A stretch of DNA of 64,000 bases, from positions 2,368,001 through 2,432,000 of the forward strand of contig OY762654.1 in the NCBI GenBank assembly GCA_963666205.1, given 5' to 3'. The notes beneath the pieces were generated by a model that was not told where the DNA came from, did not search any database, and saw only the letters and a list, made by a program, of their open reading frames with translations. This document shows, in pieces, positions 50,184 to 59,150 of the stretch (the first letter of the stretch is position 1; every line of letters starts with the position of its first letter). The translations under genes were made by a program, and so were the position numbers. The stretch is from Synergistales bacterium. GTDB lineage: Bacteria > Synergistota > Synergistia > Synergistales > JAFGMB01.

Positions 50184-53097
50184 CCTGGATTTCTCCTTCC
50201 GGGTTTTCCTGTCTTCTGCATATTCCTGAATAGGGGCAGTACCTGCAGGATTCCGAGTTATAATCGGGAATGAATTCCCCCCTCTTGATGTGACCTGCCA
50301 TTTCACCAAGATGATATTCGGCTTTCTCCAGTTTTTCGTCCAGGGATATGCCCTTCTTTGAAAGGCCCAGGTATTCAGCTGTTGGAACATCACAGGAGGA
50401 TCCTGTTATTCTTCCGTCTGCGTGACAGAGATAGCCGTAACCGCATATTCCCGCAAAAGGACTATTACTGGTATGAGAAGCTTTTTTGAGGAGCAGACAG
50501 TAGGCTGCCAGTTGCATGCTATTCCTGAATCGGGAACTGTTGCCGCTTTTGTAGTCTATGACCACAGCACTGCCTTCATCAAGGATGTCCAGCCTGTCAA
50601 AACGTCCTCTGAAAATTACTCCATCTATCTCCAGATCGGGGAGCATCCCTTCCAGGACAGGAGGGAAATCCTTGTTTCGGATGGAACTCCCTTCCATCCG
50701 GTCCTGAAGATCACCAGCCTTGGAAAGATCTGCTTCAAATCTTTTCAGATGCCTTCTCAGGGATGGGTCGGAGAGAAGTTCCGGATAACATTTCTTCAAA
50801 GATCCTTCCAGGAAAGTTCTGGAAATATATTGAAGTGATCCGCCCTCATCGACGTATTTTCTCCAGGTGGCTTCCCATATCCTATGGAGAGCTATCCCTG
50901 ATTTTATTCTGTCAAAACCGATGCGGGTCTTTTCTTCCATCCTTAATATATGCCTGCAGTAATATAGGAAAGGACAGGCTATCCAGTCATCTATGGAACT
51001 GAGGTGTACTATCCAGGCTTTTTCTTCAGGTTCTATCCTTGTGAGGGGAAGGATACGTTCCTTAATTGATGATGGATAATATCCCAGTTCTCCTACTTCA
51101 ATTCCCTTCACATGTATTTCGGTGTCAAGGGGGAGAATACGGTTCAGGCCTCTGGTTATCAGCTTCCCATTCCCGGCTGTATTTGAAGCCCAGAAGCTAT
51201 TCCCTTTTTCAAGAGACCTTTCCAGAAATGGTGAAGCTGAGAGCGGTCTTCCTGAAGTATCGGTTTCAGGCCATGAAAGAAGGCTGAGATCCTCTCCACA
51301 AGCAATTATTCTTCGGAAAAGGTACTCTTTCTGCCTTCTCAGTTCAGGAACAAGGGGCAAATGGCCTTCCCCAAGGTCCAGGCCGGAATGAAGAGCCTCT
51401 TTTCTCGAATCGGGAAGAAGATCGGTCTCTCTCAGAGTTCCAGGCCAGTTTCCTGTAGAAACACCGGCAAATATCCACAACCTGTTTCTGGCCAGGACTG
51501 GAGGAGTTCCGGGATACACTTCTATGGAATCGCCTCTCGAAGGGGCATTCCAGATTGTGGATGTTTCAGCCCATCTGCGGAGGAATTCGAAGGCCTTGCT
51601 ACCCGTAAGGATATCTTTGCCTGCAGGGCCTATATTTTCAACAAGTTCGCTTATGGAAACCAGCTTTTCTTCTGTTTCCCTGATAGCGGCATTCATTCTT
51701 CTGCAGGTTTCATCAAGTTCCTGCATTTTCATAACGTAGGAGGAGATCTTCATTTCCGATCCCGTATCAATGAATAGATCTCTCAGAGCCTTCAGTATTT
51801 CTGCTGCAGTTCCACCTTCACTAAGGGTTTTGCTGAAAGCCTTAATGGCTCCGAAAGAAACTGTAATCAAGGGAGTATCCAGGGAAGAAATGAAATTGCA
51901 CCATTCATCTTCTCCAGATGGATTTACTGCCTCAAATCTTTCAACCGGGAAATAATCTCCACAGAAAAAGGGTTCCTGAAGAAGTCTGGCTGTTTTACTG
52001 GAGGGCCAGTCATTCTGGAAAGATTCCCAGACTCTCCCCGCGAGTTCCCAGAGAGGGGTCCGGGAAACAGTCAGACCCTCCAGAAGTACAAAGGGAAGTT
52101 CATATCTTCCGAAAACTTCCTCAACCTGCCGGATGTACTCGGGAGGGCAGGTCATGGAAATATATCCCCAGCCGGGAAAGGAAGTCCCGCTATAATTCTG
52201 GAGTTCTCCAGTGGAATTACTCCATAGAACCAGTTCTCTTGCAATTGTCTCGATTTCCAGTCTTCTGTCCCCACCTTGAATGGGAATAACTTCCAGGGGA
52301 GAGTTATCGCTGATGTTTACTGTTTTTTCTCCCTCGAACTGACTCAACACAGTGTAGGCTTTTTTCACTCCTGTCTGGGGTGTGAATATGACAAGGTCTC
52401 CGGCCTTTTGAGAAAGGGTCCTTACCAGCTTCAGCTGACTGTGGTTAAAACTCAGGAACCCAGTGAAGATGAAGGATCTCCTTTTTATCCATTCAGACCC
52501 TTCAGGTCCTGTGTCTATGATATTCCTTGTCAGTGTGGCTATCTGAGCACTGTCACAGAGTCCATGTCCTTTCAGATAGTTGAAATAGAGATGATAAGCT
52601 TTGCACAGGATCCCTTCCGGTTCTTTGTCGTGTTCGCATTTACCCTCGCCGTTACAACAGGAACATCCCATTATTTCTGAAAGGCTGGCCGGCTCAATTT
52701 CTTCCCGCATAAGATCGCGGAGAGAGTCTCCCAGTCGTGAGGCAAAACCCTTCTGCTTTATCCCTGGAAGATGGCACGAAAAATCTTCATCTTTCAGCAT
52801 ATTGTCCAGGATGTGTTGAATGATAAGCCAGTGGTCTGGAGGATCTATCTGTCTCCGGTGGTAGGGAGTTGATGGAACGCCATTCTGTATTTCCCTGAAA
52901 AGGTCTCCCCAACGCCATATATGGGGAAAAGGGATACCTATTCCTCCCTTTTCGAGTAACATTTCCTTGAGTAGTTCCATGTCTGCTCTTGTAGGAACCA
53001 CGAAGATCTTTTCAGAGGTTGCCCCCTGACCTGTCCAGGCTTGATGGTTCAACTCTTCAGATAATTCCGAGATCCTGCGATAAGTAAAGATATGCAT
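50170..53097 (-). CDS. addB: AddB-like inactive helicase plus PD-(D/E)XK nuclease
   Basis: C-terminal ACPFLYY, GIALH, GRFDRLD, IDYKSG, QLAAY, CRYCPYSGIC; overlaps the addA start. Confidence 0.85.
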   Translation of the reverse strand: MHIFTYRRISELSEELNHQAWTGQGATSEKIFVVPTRADMELLKEMLLEKGGIGIPFPHIWRWGDLFREIQNGVPSTPYHRRQIDPPDHWLIIQHILDNMLKDEDFSCHLPGIKQKGFASRLGDSLRDLMREEIEPASLSEIMGCSCCNGEGKCEHDKEPEGILCKAYHLYFNYLKGHGLCDSAQIATLTRNIIDTGPEGSEWIKRRSFIFTGFLSFNHSQLKLVRTLSQKAGDLVIFTPQTGVKKAYTVLSQFEGEKTVNISDNSPLEVIPIQGGDRRLEIETIARELVLWSNSTGELQNYSGTSFPGWGYISMTCPPEYIRQVEEVFGRYELPFVLLEGLTVSRTPLWELAGRVWESFQNDWPSSKTARLLQEPFFCGDYFPVERFEAVNPSGEDEWCNFISSLDTPLITVSFGAIKAFSKTLSEGGTAAEILKALRDLFIDTGSEMKISSYVMKMQELDETCRRMNAAIRETEEKLVSISELVENIGPAGKDILTGSKAFEFLRRWAETSTIWNAPSRGDSIEVYPGTPPVLARNRLWIFAGVSTGNWPGTLRETDLLPDSRKEALHSGLDLGEGHLPLVPELRRQKEYLFRRIIACGEDLSLLSWPETDTSGRPLSASPFLERSLEKGNSFWASNTAGNGKLITRGLNRILPLDTEIHVKGIEVGELGYYPSSIKERILPLTRIEPEEKAWIVHLSSIDDWIACPFLYYCRHILRMEEKTRIGFDRIKSGIALHRIWEATWRKYVDEGGSLQYISRTFLEGSLKKCYPELLSDPSLRRHLKRFEADLSKAGDLQDRMEGSSIRNKDFPPVLEGMLPDLEIDGVIFRGRFDRLDILDEGSAVVIDYKSGNSSRFRNSMQLAAYCLLLKKASHTSNSPFAGICGYGYLCHADGRITGSSCDVPTAEYLGLSKKGISLDEKLEKAEYHLGEMAGHIKRGEFIPDYNSESCRYCPYSGICRRQENPEGEIQDDRD

Positions 53098-53253
53098 CCT
53101 ATCAGCTCCGTAGGTATTATTATTTCTATTCTACCAAGTACAGTAAAAAAGGTTTGGAAAATATTTATAATTTACAGGATTTGATATATACTAACGTTAA
53201 ATAGAAAAAGCTTTAGCATGCGATTGGGATAATCTTTATTTGAGGTGATGTGT

Positions 53254-53646
53254 ATGTCCAGACGTGCGGTCCTTGTTGTAGTTCTTGTTGTTCTGGTAGT
53301 AGCAGGTTTTACCTTAATAATCGGTAAAGGAACGTCCTGGTTCAATGCCTCCTCTGGTCCGAAACTTGAGATTGACGAAGATGCCCTGACCCAGATGAGC
53401 GGGAGTGGAAACGAGTTTTACGTAAGACCGGGCAGAGCAGGCTGAGGTGCTCCGCTGCAGGCGCTCGTGAAGCGTGGAAAACCCGGAAAAGATCCGGACA
53501 GTTATATTCAGTGTAATTCAGGAGACATATGTCTGTGGGTTCCAGGAGATCTTGAGTTCAGGGATAATCTGGTCCATGTGATCCTTGACAAGGGCCGGGG
53601 CAGGAAAATATTACTTGTAGAAACTGCACTTCTGTCTTCTCAGTAG
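53254..53646 (+). CDS. Putative selenoprotein A (CC/Se-motif, HesB-like), N-terminal membrane anchor; TGA at 53443-53445 read as Sec
   Basis: GAGGTG RBS. The frame stays open for 66 codons after the TGA to TAG at 53646: ...EFYVRPGRAG-U-GAPLQALVKRGKPGKDPDSY...LWVPGDLEFRDNLVHV...LLVETALLSSQ. Homologous to the neighbour on both sides of the TGA. Confidence 0.8.
53451..53478 (+). promoter_or_regulatory. Candidate bacterial SECIS hairpin for selenoprotein A
   Basis: GCGCT-CGTGA-AGCGT stem-loop at 53461-53475 (+16 from the TGA), with an alternative TCCGC/GTGGA pairing. Confidence 0.4.
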
Positions 53647-53749
53647 GACTTGAGTAAATTCAGTAGTTTTCCGGTTCTGTCATTAGCTTTTTAGTTGTAG
53701 AATGTTCTGAAGAGATTGAGTTTCTATTCTTTTGAAAGGAGAAATATGC

Positions 53750-54133
53750 ATGAAAAACAAACTGTTATTGTTGTTAGTTGCCGTGATAATTGTATTCACT
53801 ATGATCCTTCCTGCGATGAGTGCAGAGGATCTTGTGCTTGATATCACTTCTGTGGCAAGGGCTGAAATGGCTCCGCAGGGGTATGAGTGGTTCGTAAAAC
53901 CCGGTACATATCAGGGTTTCTGAGGAGAACCACTTTCCGCTCTGGTTCGGAGCGGCATGCCTGAAAAGCCGGAACAGTTCAACCTTCTGACTGAAGAGGA
54001 TATGAAGGTCTGGGTACCCAAGGGAATGACATTCCAGAACAATCTTGTAAAGATAATAGCCCTTCCCTATAAGGGGAAAAAAGTTTTAAAGGTTTCCACT
54101 GCCCAGACCATGGAGGGTGAAGGCTGCGATTAG
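53750..54133 (+). CDS. Putative selenoprotein B (CC/Se-motif, HesB-like), signal peptide; TGA at 53921-53923 read as Sec
   Basis: AAGGAG RBS. The frame stays open for 69 codons after the TGA to TAG at 54133: ...EWFVKPGTYQGF-U-GEPLSALVRSGMPEKPEQF...VWVPKGMTFQNNLVKI...LKVSTAQTMEGEGCD. The terminator follows the TAG. Confidence 0.82.
53937..53955 (+). promoter_or_regulatory. Candidate bacterial SECIS hairpin for selenoprotein B
   Basis: CCGCTCTG-GTT-CGGAGCGG, an 8-bp stem (one G-U) starting +14 from the TGA. Confidence 0.55.
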
Positions 54134-54142
54134 TGTGTCAGT

Positions 54143-54182
54143 AATGAAAAGGGGCGGGTCTTCTGACTCGCCCCTTTTCATT
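54143..54182 (+). terminator. Intrinsic terminator closing the two-gene unit
   Basis: AATGAAAAGGGGCGGGTC-TTCT-GACTCGCCCCTTTTCATT, 9 nt after the TAG at 54133. Confidence 0.88.
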
Positions 54183-54272
54183 CTGATGTAACAGGAAATA
54201 TTTCTTTTCATTTTCATATAGTTGGATCCCTATTATAATGAGGCGATAATTAATTTAAAGGCGGTGTGCTGT

Positions 54273-55040
54273 TTGAAATATCTGAGAGCAAAGATCAGGG
54301 GAGAATTAGTGGAAGGTATCACCGAGGGCTTGACTAGTGTTAGAGAGATAAAGGGTAATGTTTTTTCAGATTATGAATTTTCGGGAAGAGATTTTCTTCT
54401 CTCTGATGTAGAAAAGTTTCTTATCCCTGTTAACCCTTCTAAAATAGTTGCGGTTGGTCTTAATTACAGGGCTCATGCTGAAGAAACGGGTATGAAAATA
54501 CCTGATGAACCCCTCCTTTTCCTTAAACCGCCAAGCTCTGCCATAGCTCATGGTGAGTCGATTGTCTATCCTCCACATATGACGGAAAGGGTGGATTACG
54601 AGGCCGAGCTTGGTATTGTAATTGGGAAGACATGCCGAAACGTTCTTCCGGAGAAGGCAGAAGAGTATATCCTGGGTTATACCTGTTTCAATGACGTTAC
54701 TGCCAGGGATCTTCAGAGCAGGGATGGTCAATGGACCCGGTGTAAATCCTTTGATACCTTTGCACCCTTCGGACCGTGGGTTTCCATGGGAATCGATCCA
54801 TCGAACCTGGATATCAGACTGGTACAGAACGAAAAAGTTGTCCAGCATTCATCTACTTCGGATTTCATATTCAAGGTTCCCTTTATCGTAAGTTACATTT
54901 CCAGAATAATGACCCTGAATCCGGGAGATGTTATAGCCACCGGTACTCCATCAGGGATCGGTCCCGTTTCCATAGGAGATGTTCTCAAAGTCCAGATCGA
55001 AAATATAGGGGAACTTGTAAATACAGTGATTTCACCCTGA
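54273..55040 (+). CDS. Fumarylacetoacetate hydrolase family protein
   Basis: KIVAVGLNY, LFLKPPS, DYEAELG, NDVTARD, WTRCKSFDTF, GDVIATGTPSG; probable TTG start at 54273. Confidence 0.93.
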   Translation: MKYLRAKIRGELVEGITEGLTSVREIKGNVFSDYEFSGRDFLLSDVEKFLIPVNPSKIVAVGLNYRAHAEETGMKIPDEPLLFLKPPSSAIAHGESIVYPPHMTERVDYEAELGIVIGKTCRNVLPEKAEEYILGYTCFNDVTARDLQSRDGQWTRCKSFDTFAPFGPWVSMGIDPSNLDIRLVQNEKVVQHSSTSDFIFKVPFIVSYISRIMTLNPGDVIATGTPSGIGPVSIGDVLKVQIENIGELVNTVISP

Positions 55041-55094
55041 TCTCGATATATTTATCACGAAAAAGGAAAGCCATAAACCAGAGGAGGGAAGGCA

Positions 55095-56993
55095 ATGAAG
55101 TCTTTGGGTGAAATTCTTCTCCGCAATTCGTCCTTTGAAGAAATAGTCATAGGCAATACAGCCATTGTAAGGGCAATGATAGAATCGGGAGTGAGGGTGG
55201 TTACAACCTATCCGGGTTCTCCAACTCCTGAAATCGCATCAGCGGTCCTTTCAATACCGCAAAAGGACCGCCCCTTCTATTTTGAATATTCAACCAACGA
55301 GAAAGTGGCAACTGAAGTGGCCTTCGGGGCTTCACTGAACGGGCATCTGACATGTGTGTTTTTCAAAAGCGTTGGCCTGAATGTTGCTGCTGACAGTTTT
55401 GTCCAGCTTGGACATATGGAACTTACGGGGGGAATGGTAATAGTACTCGGTGATGATCCGGGTGCAAATTCTTCCCAGAACGAACAGGATAACCGGCACT
55501 ATGCTCACATGACCTACACCCCCCTCTTTGAACCCGCTACACCAGCTGAAGCCTATAAAATGTTCATTGAGGCTGCCTCGATTTCGAAAAAGCGCAGAAT
55601 GCCTGTTATGGTAAGGATGACAACCCATGTCTGTCATGCTAAACAGAAAGTCCTTTTTTCACCCTGGAAGGCTGGAAAACACTGTGATATGCCCCGTTTC
55701 GATCCCGCCAATGGTCCCTACATACCCATCGCTAAGGCAGCGCTGGATATGAAAAAAAAGGCAATTGAAAAGCTCCGGAATTTTCAGGAATATGCGGAAA
55801 AATCTCCATCCAACGGCATTGATGACAATGGAAATCGGGCCAAAGGCATAATTACAGCTGGCCTTCCCTACCTTTCCATAATTGAAATCCTGGAGGATGT
55901 TTCTGAAAAACCCGATATCTTAAAACTCGGGCTGGTTCATCCCCTTCCAGGAGAAAGAATCGCCGGATTTTTAAGGGAACATGCCGAAATAATGATAATA
56001 GAGGAACTTGATGATCTTCTGGAAAGGGAGATCAAGTCCATAGCATATGAAAAAGGTATAAATACAAGGATCATAGGGAAAACATGTGATGAGGACTGGA
56101 TAGGAGAATATACTCCCGACAGGGTTGCTCCCATTATGGACCGTGTCTGGCCTGCAATGGGCATTTCTGTTGAAGATGTGTCCCATATCCCACTTGCTCC
56201 CAGACCTCCCCAGATGTGCCCCGGATGCGGCCATCGATCTGCCTTTCATGCCATAAAACAGGCCCTTTCGGAAAAAGATATAACTGTAGCTGATATAGGT
56301 TGTCATACCCTGGGTTTCCTCCCGCCATATAATATGGGACAGGTTCTGCTCAGTATGGGGCATTCAACGGGAACTGCATCAGGATTGTCTCTTTTCAATG
56401 ACCAGAGGAGGGTTGTCGCTTTTCTTGGCGATTCCACCCTCTTCCATGCAGGTATCCCTGGCATAATCAATGCCGTTTTCAACAGTCACAACCTGACCCT
56501 TGTCATAATGGAGAACGGTACTACAGCCATGACAGGGCATCAGAACCATCCTGGTTCCGGCGCAAATGCAAGGGGTCCAGTCATGGCCATATCCATTGAC
56601 CGGATGCTGGAGGGGCTTGGTGTTACAAGCATCAGAAGGATCGATACTTATAGCCAGGGAAAACTTACCAGTATGATTGAGGAAGCCTTGGCAGAAAAGG
56701 GTTTCAGCGTGGTCATAGCATCCCATCCATGTATGCTCAAGTTCACCAGGGAACAGCGCAGAAAACCGGGTTTTATCAAGAAAACTGTAGAGATCGACCA
56801 GGATAAATGTACCCTTGCCCGAAGCTGTGTTGCTGAGTTTGCATGCCCATCCTTTCAGAGATTGGACGATGGAACGATAAGGGTGAATCCCGAACTCTGT
56901 ATCGGTGATGCTTCGTGTATCCAGACCTGTCCGTCAAAGGCCATCGGGCTGAAAAAGCCTTCTGTTTCGCGAGAAGAGGGTGATACCGAATGA
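55095..56993 (+). CDS. iorA: Indolepyruvate:ferredoxin oxidoreductase alpha subunit
   Basis: YPGSPTPEI, STNEKVA, KSVGLNVAAD, SSQNEQD, PRPPQMCPGCGHR, DIGCH, GDSTLFHAG, TAMTGHQ and a C-terminal ferredoxin domain. Confidence 0.93.
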   Translation: MKSLGEILLRNSSFEEIVIGNTAIVRAMIESGVRVVTTYPGSPTPEIASAVLSIPQKDRPFYFEYSTNEKVATEVAFGASLNGHLTCVFFKSVGLNVAADSFVQLGHMELTGGMVIVLGDDPGANSSQNEQDNRHYAHMTYTPLFEPATPAEAYKMFIEAASISKKRRMPVMVRMTTHVCHAKQKVLFSPWKAGKHCDMPRFDPANGPYIPIAKAALDMKKKAIEKLRNFQEYAEKSPSNGIDDNGNRAKGIITAGLPYLSIIEILEDVSEKPDILKLGLVHPLPGERIAGFLREHAEIMIIEELDDLLEREIKSIAYEKGINTRIIGKTCDEDWIGEYTPDRVAPIMDRVWPAMGISVEDVSHIPLAPRPPQMCPGCGHRSAFHAIKQALSEKDITVADIGCHTLGFLPPYNMGQVLLSMGHSTGTASGLSLFNDQRRVVAFLGDSTLFHAGIPGIINAVFNSHNLTLVIMENGTTAMTGHQNHPGSGANARGPVMAISIDRMLEGLGVTSIRRIDTYSQGKLTSMIEEALAEKGFSVVIASHPCMLKFTREQRRKPGFIKKTVEIDQDKCTLARSCVAEFACPSFQRLDDGTIRVNPELCIGDASCIQTCPSKAIGLKKPSVSREEGDTE

Positions 56994-57565
56994 AAAGATT
57001 TGACATATACCTCACAGGAGTGGGAGGGCAGGGAATAGGCCTGCTGAGTGAAACTATTCTCAGGGCGGCTGATCACGGGAATATACCTGTCAGCGGAGTG
57101 GATACCCATGGTCTTGCGCAGAGAGGCGGCATGGTAGTATCCCATGTCCGCCTGGGAAGGACAATGACAACCCCTCTAATAAGAAGGGGCAGGGCTGATC
57201 TTGTCGTAGCCCTGGAAAGGACTGAGGCGTACCGGGCTCTTTACAGTCACGCAAAACCTGGAGGAACGCTGGTATATTACGATACCAGCTGGCAGACCCT
57301 GAGTGCCCGTCTGGGGAGAGAAGATGAGGTATCCAATTCTCTTCTTGAAAGGGAATGTCTGAAAAGAAAAGTGAACCTTCACGGGGTAAGGATTGACGAT
57401 CTTGAAGATTACAGGATGCAGAATATGGTCCTTCTGGGTAAAATAGCATCCCTTTCGCTTATTCCATACCTGGATAAGGAACATTATGTCGAAGCCATGA
57501 ATGACCTCATGACAGGTACAATCCTTGAAAAAAATCTGGAAGTTTTTCGAAAAATAGCCGGCTAA
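56990..57565 (+). CDS. iorB: Indolepyruvate:ferredoxin oxidoreductase beta subunit
   Basis: GVGGQG, THGLAQRGGMVVSHVRLG, NMVLLG; ATGA overlap with iorA. Confidence 0.92.
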   Translation: MKRFDIYLTGVGGQGIGLLSETILRAADHGNIPVSGVDTHGLAQRGGMVVSHVRLGRTMTTPLIRRGRADLVVALERTEAYRALYSHAKPGGTLVYYDTSWQTLSARLGREDEVSNSLLERECLKRKVNLHGVRIDDLEDYRMQNMVLLGKIASLSLIPYLDKEHYVEAMNDLMTGTILEKNLEVFRKIAG

Positions 57566-57586
57566 AGATCTCGATTGATCTGATCC

Positions 57587-57611
57587 GGGGCGGTCTTCGG
57601 GCCGCCTTTTT
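57587..57611 (+). terminator. Intrinsic terminator
   Basis: GGGGCGGTC-TTCG-GGCCGCCTT plus a T-run after iorB. Confidence 0.85.
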
Positions 57612-57713
57612 CATGCCTGGGAGGTTGAGTCTGTTCTTACACTTTGCCTTTTTTCTGAATTTAGGGTAACATTCCCCAAACAGTAACCACAACCTTTGTA
57701 ACGGGGTGATCCT

Positions 57714-58340
57714 TTGATAAAAGCAGTACTTTTTGATTTCGATATGACCCTTGTAGACAGCAGTTTTGCCATCACTGAAGCAATGAACGCCATTGCAGAG
57801 GGGGAGGGCTTGCGGTTTCTCTCCAGGGAAGAGGTCCTTTCAGTGATAGGGCTGCCCATACATGAGTCATGGGAGAGGCTCTGGGGGCGTTTTGATCCAT
57901 CATGGGTAGACAGCTACAGAGCAACCTTCAGGGAGAAGGAGTATGCCGGGATCATACCCTTTCCCAACACCCTGTCCTTTCTTGAGCACCTTATGGAGAG
58001 GGAAATAGTTATGGGTGTCGCTTCAAACCGTTCAAAAGTGAGTGATGCAGTTGAAGCTGTGGGATTATCTCAATATTTCCGCTGTACCCTGGGAATCCTG
58101 GATGTGGATAAGGCCAAGCCCGAACCGGATATGATCCTTAAGGGAATGGAGATGCTTAATGTTTCTCCCGAAGAGACCATATATGTTGGTGACACTGAAG
58201 CCGATATGATATCCGCGAAGTCAGCAAATGTACGTGGAGTTGGAATGACCACAGGGAATTTTGACCATAGAGCGCTGACCAGTGCAGGGGCCTGGAAAAC
58301 CTTTTCAGACCTGGAGGAGGTACTGACCCTTTTTGAGTGA
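57714..58340 (+). CDS. HAD-superfamily hydrolase (phosphoglycolate-phosphatase-like)
   Basis: FDFDMTLVDS, ASN, KPEP, YVGDTEAD. Confidence 0.9.
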   Translation: MIKAVLFDFDMTLVDSSFAITEAMNAIAEGEGLRFLSREEVLSVIGLPIHESWERLWGRFDPSWVDSYRATFREKEYAGIIPFPNTLSFLEHLMEREIVMGVASNRSKVSDAVEAVGLSQYFRCTLGILDVDKAKPEPDMILKGMEMLNVSPEETIYVGDTEADMISAKSANVRGVGMTTGNFDHRALTSAGAWKTFSDLEEVLTLFE

Positions 58341-58370
58341 TCTTTCTGCGGTGGAAAACGGGGTTTTTAC

Positions 58371-58406
58371 AAGAGGGGAGTCCTTACAGGGCTGTCCTCT
58401 TTTTTG
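58371..58406 (+). terminator. Probable intrinsic terminator
   Basis: AAGAGGGGAGTCC...GGGCTGTCCTCTT followed by a T-run. Confidence 0.6.
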
Positions 58407-58549
58407 TTATTCACACTGATATAGATTTTACACCTTACCATGGCATAGTTTTATGGGATAATAAAAAACAACAGAGCGGAGAAAACTCTTTCTGATCCTT
58501 AAAGCGGATCTGAGGGAAGATCTTTTTAGAAAGGAGAGATATTATCCTG

Positions 58550-59029
58550 ATGTCCATGAAGATGATCCTCAAGCTCCTTGCAAGTCTGTTTCTTTGTCTT
58601 GGGGCAGGCTGGGCAGGTTCCGTTTTTACTCGAGATGCGGTTATTAACTGGTATCCTGAACTTCTCAAACCTGCTTTCAACCCTCCTGCCTGGGTCTTTG
58701 CTCCCGTCTGGACTGTTCTCTATTTACTTATGGGTATAGCTCTTTTTCTTGTGTGGAAAAAGGGGTTTTCCACATTTGGTGTCTCCACTGCGGTTACAGT
58801 CTTTCTTATCCAACTCGTTTTCAATGTAGCATGGTCCGTGGTCTTTTTTGGTCTTCACTCCATACTCGGAGGTCTCGGGGTTATTGCCTTTCTATGGCTT
58901 CTAATAGTCCTGACCATATATGTTTTTGCACCTGTATCAGTTATGGCGGCATGGCTTCTCGTGCCCTATCTTATCTGGGTTTCCTTTGCTTCGTTTCTCA
59001 ATCTTTCCCTGTGGTTTCTTAATGGATGA
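58550..59029 (+). CDS. tspO: Tryptophan-rich sensory protein TspO/MBR
   Basis: WYPELLKPAFNPPAWVFAPVWTVLY, NVAWSVVFFG, LLVPYLIWVSFA. Confidence 0.95.
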   Translation: MSMKMILKLLASLFLCLGAGWAGSVFTRDAVINWYPELLKPAFNPPAWVFAPVWTVLYLLMGIALFLVWKKGFSTFGVSTAVTVFLIQLVFNVAWSVVFFGLHSILGGLGVIAFLWLLIVLTIYVFAPVSVMAAWLLVPYLIWVSFASFLNLSLWFLNG

Positions 59030-59150
59030 GGGAATGGACCTTTTGAAATGGTAATACCATATCTGGTATACTTTTTGACCTGAAGACAGACCTGAACATT
59101 ATGTCACTTCAGATGGTAACAAAAGAAGATACATCGATTGGAGTGGTTTT

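Noticed and set aside
50170-51010. Cas4 call for the Cys-containing PD-(D/E)XK domain
   Set aside because: It is the C-terminal domain of a 975-aa protein paired with a UvrD helicase-nuclease, which identifies it as AddB-like.
53245-53923. The two short ORFs (66 and 63 aa) as complete small peptides, or as nonsense pseudogenes
   Set aside because: Independent nonsense mutations at the same aligned codon in two diverged paralogs, with intact and conserved downstream frames, are unlikely. Recoding explains the pattern better.
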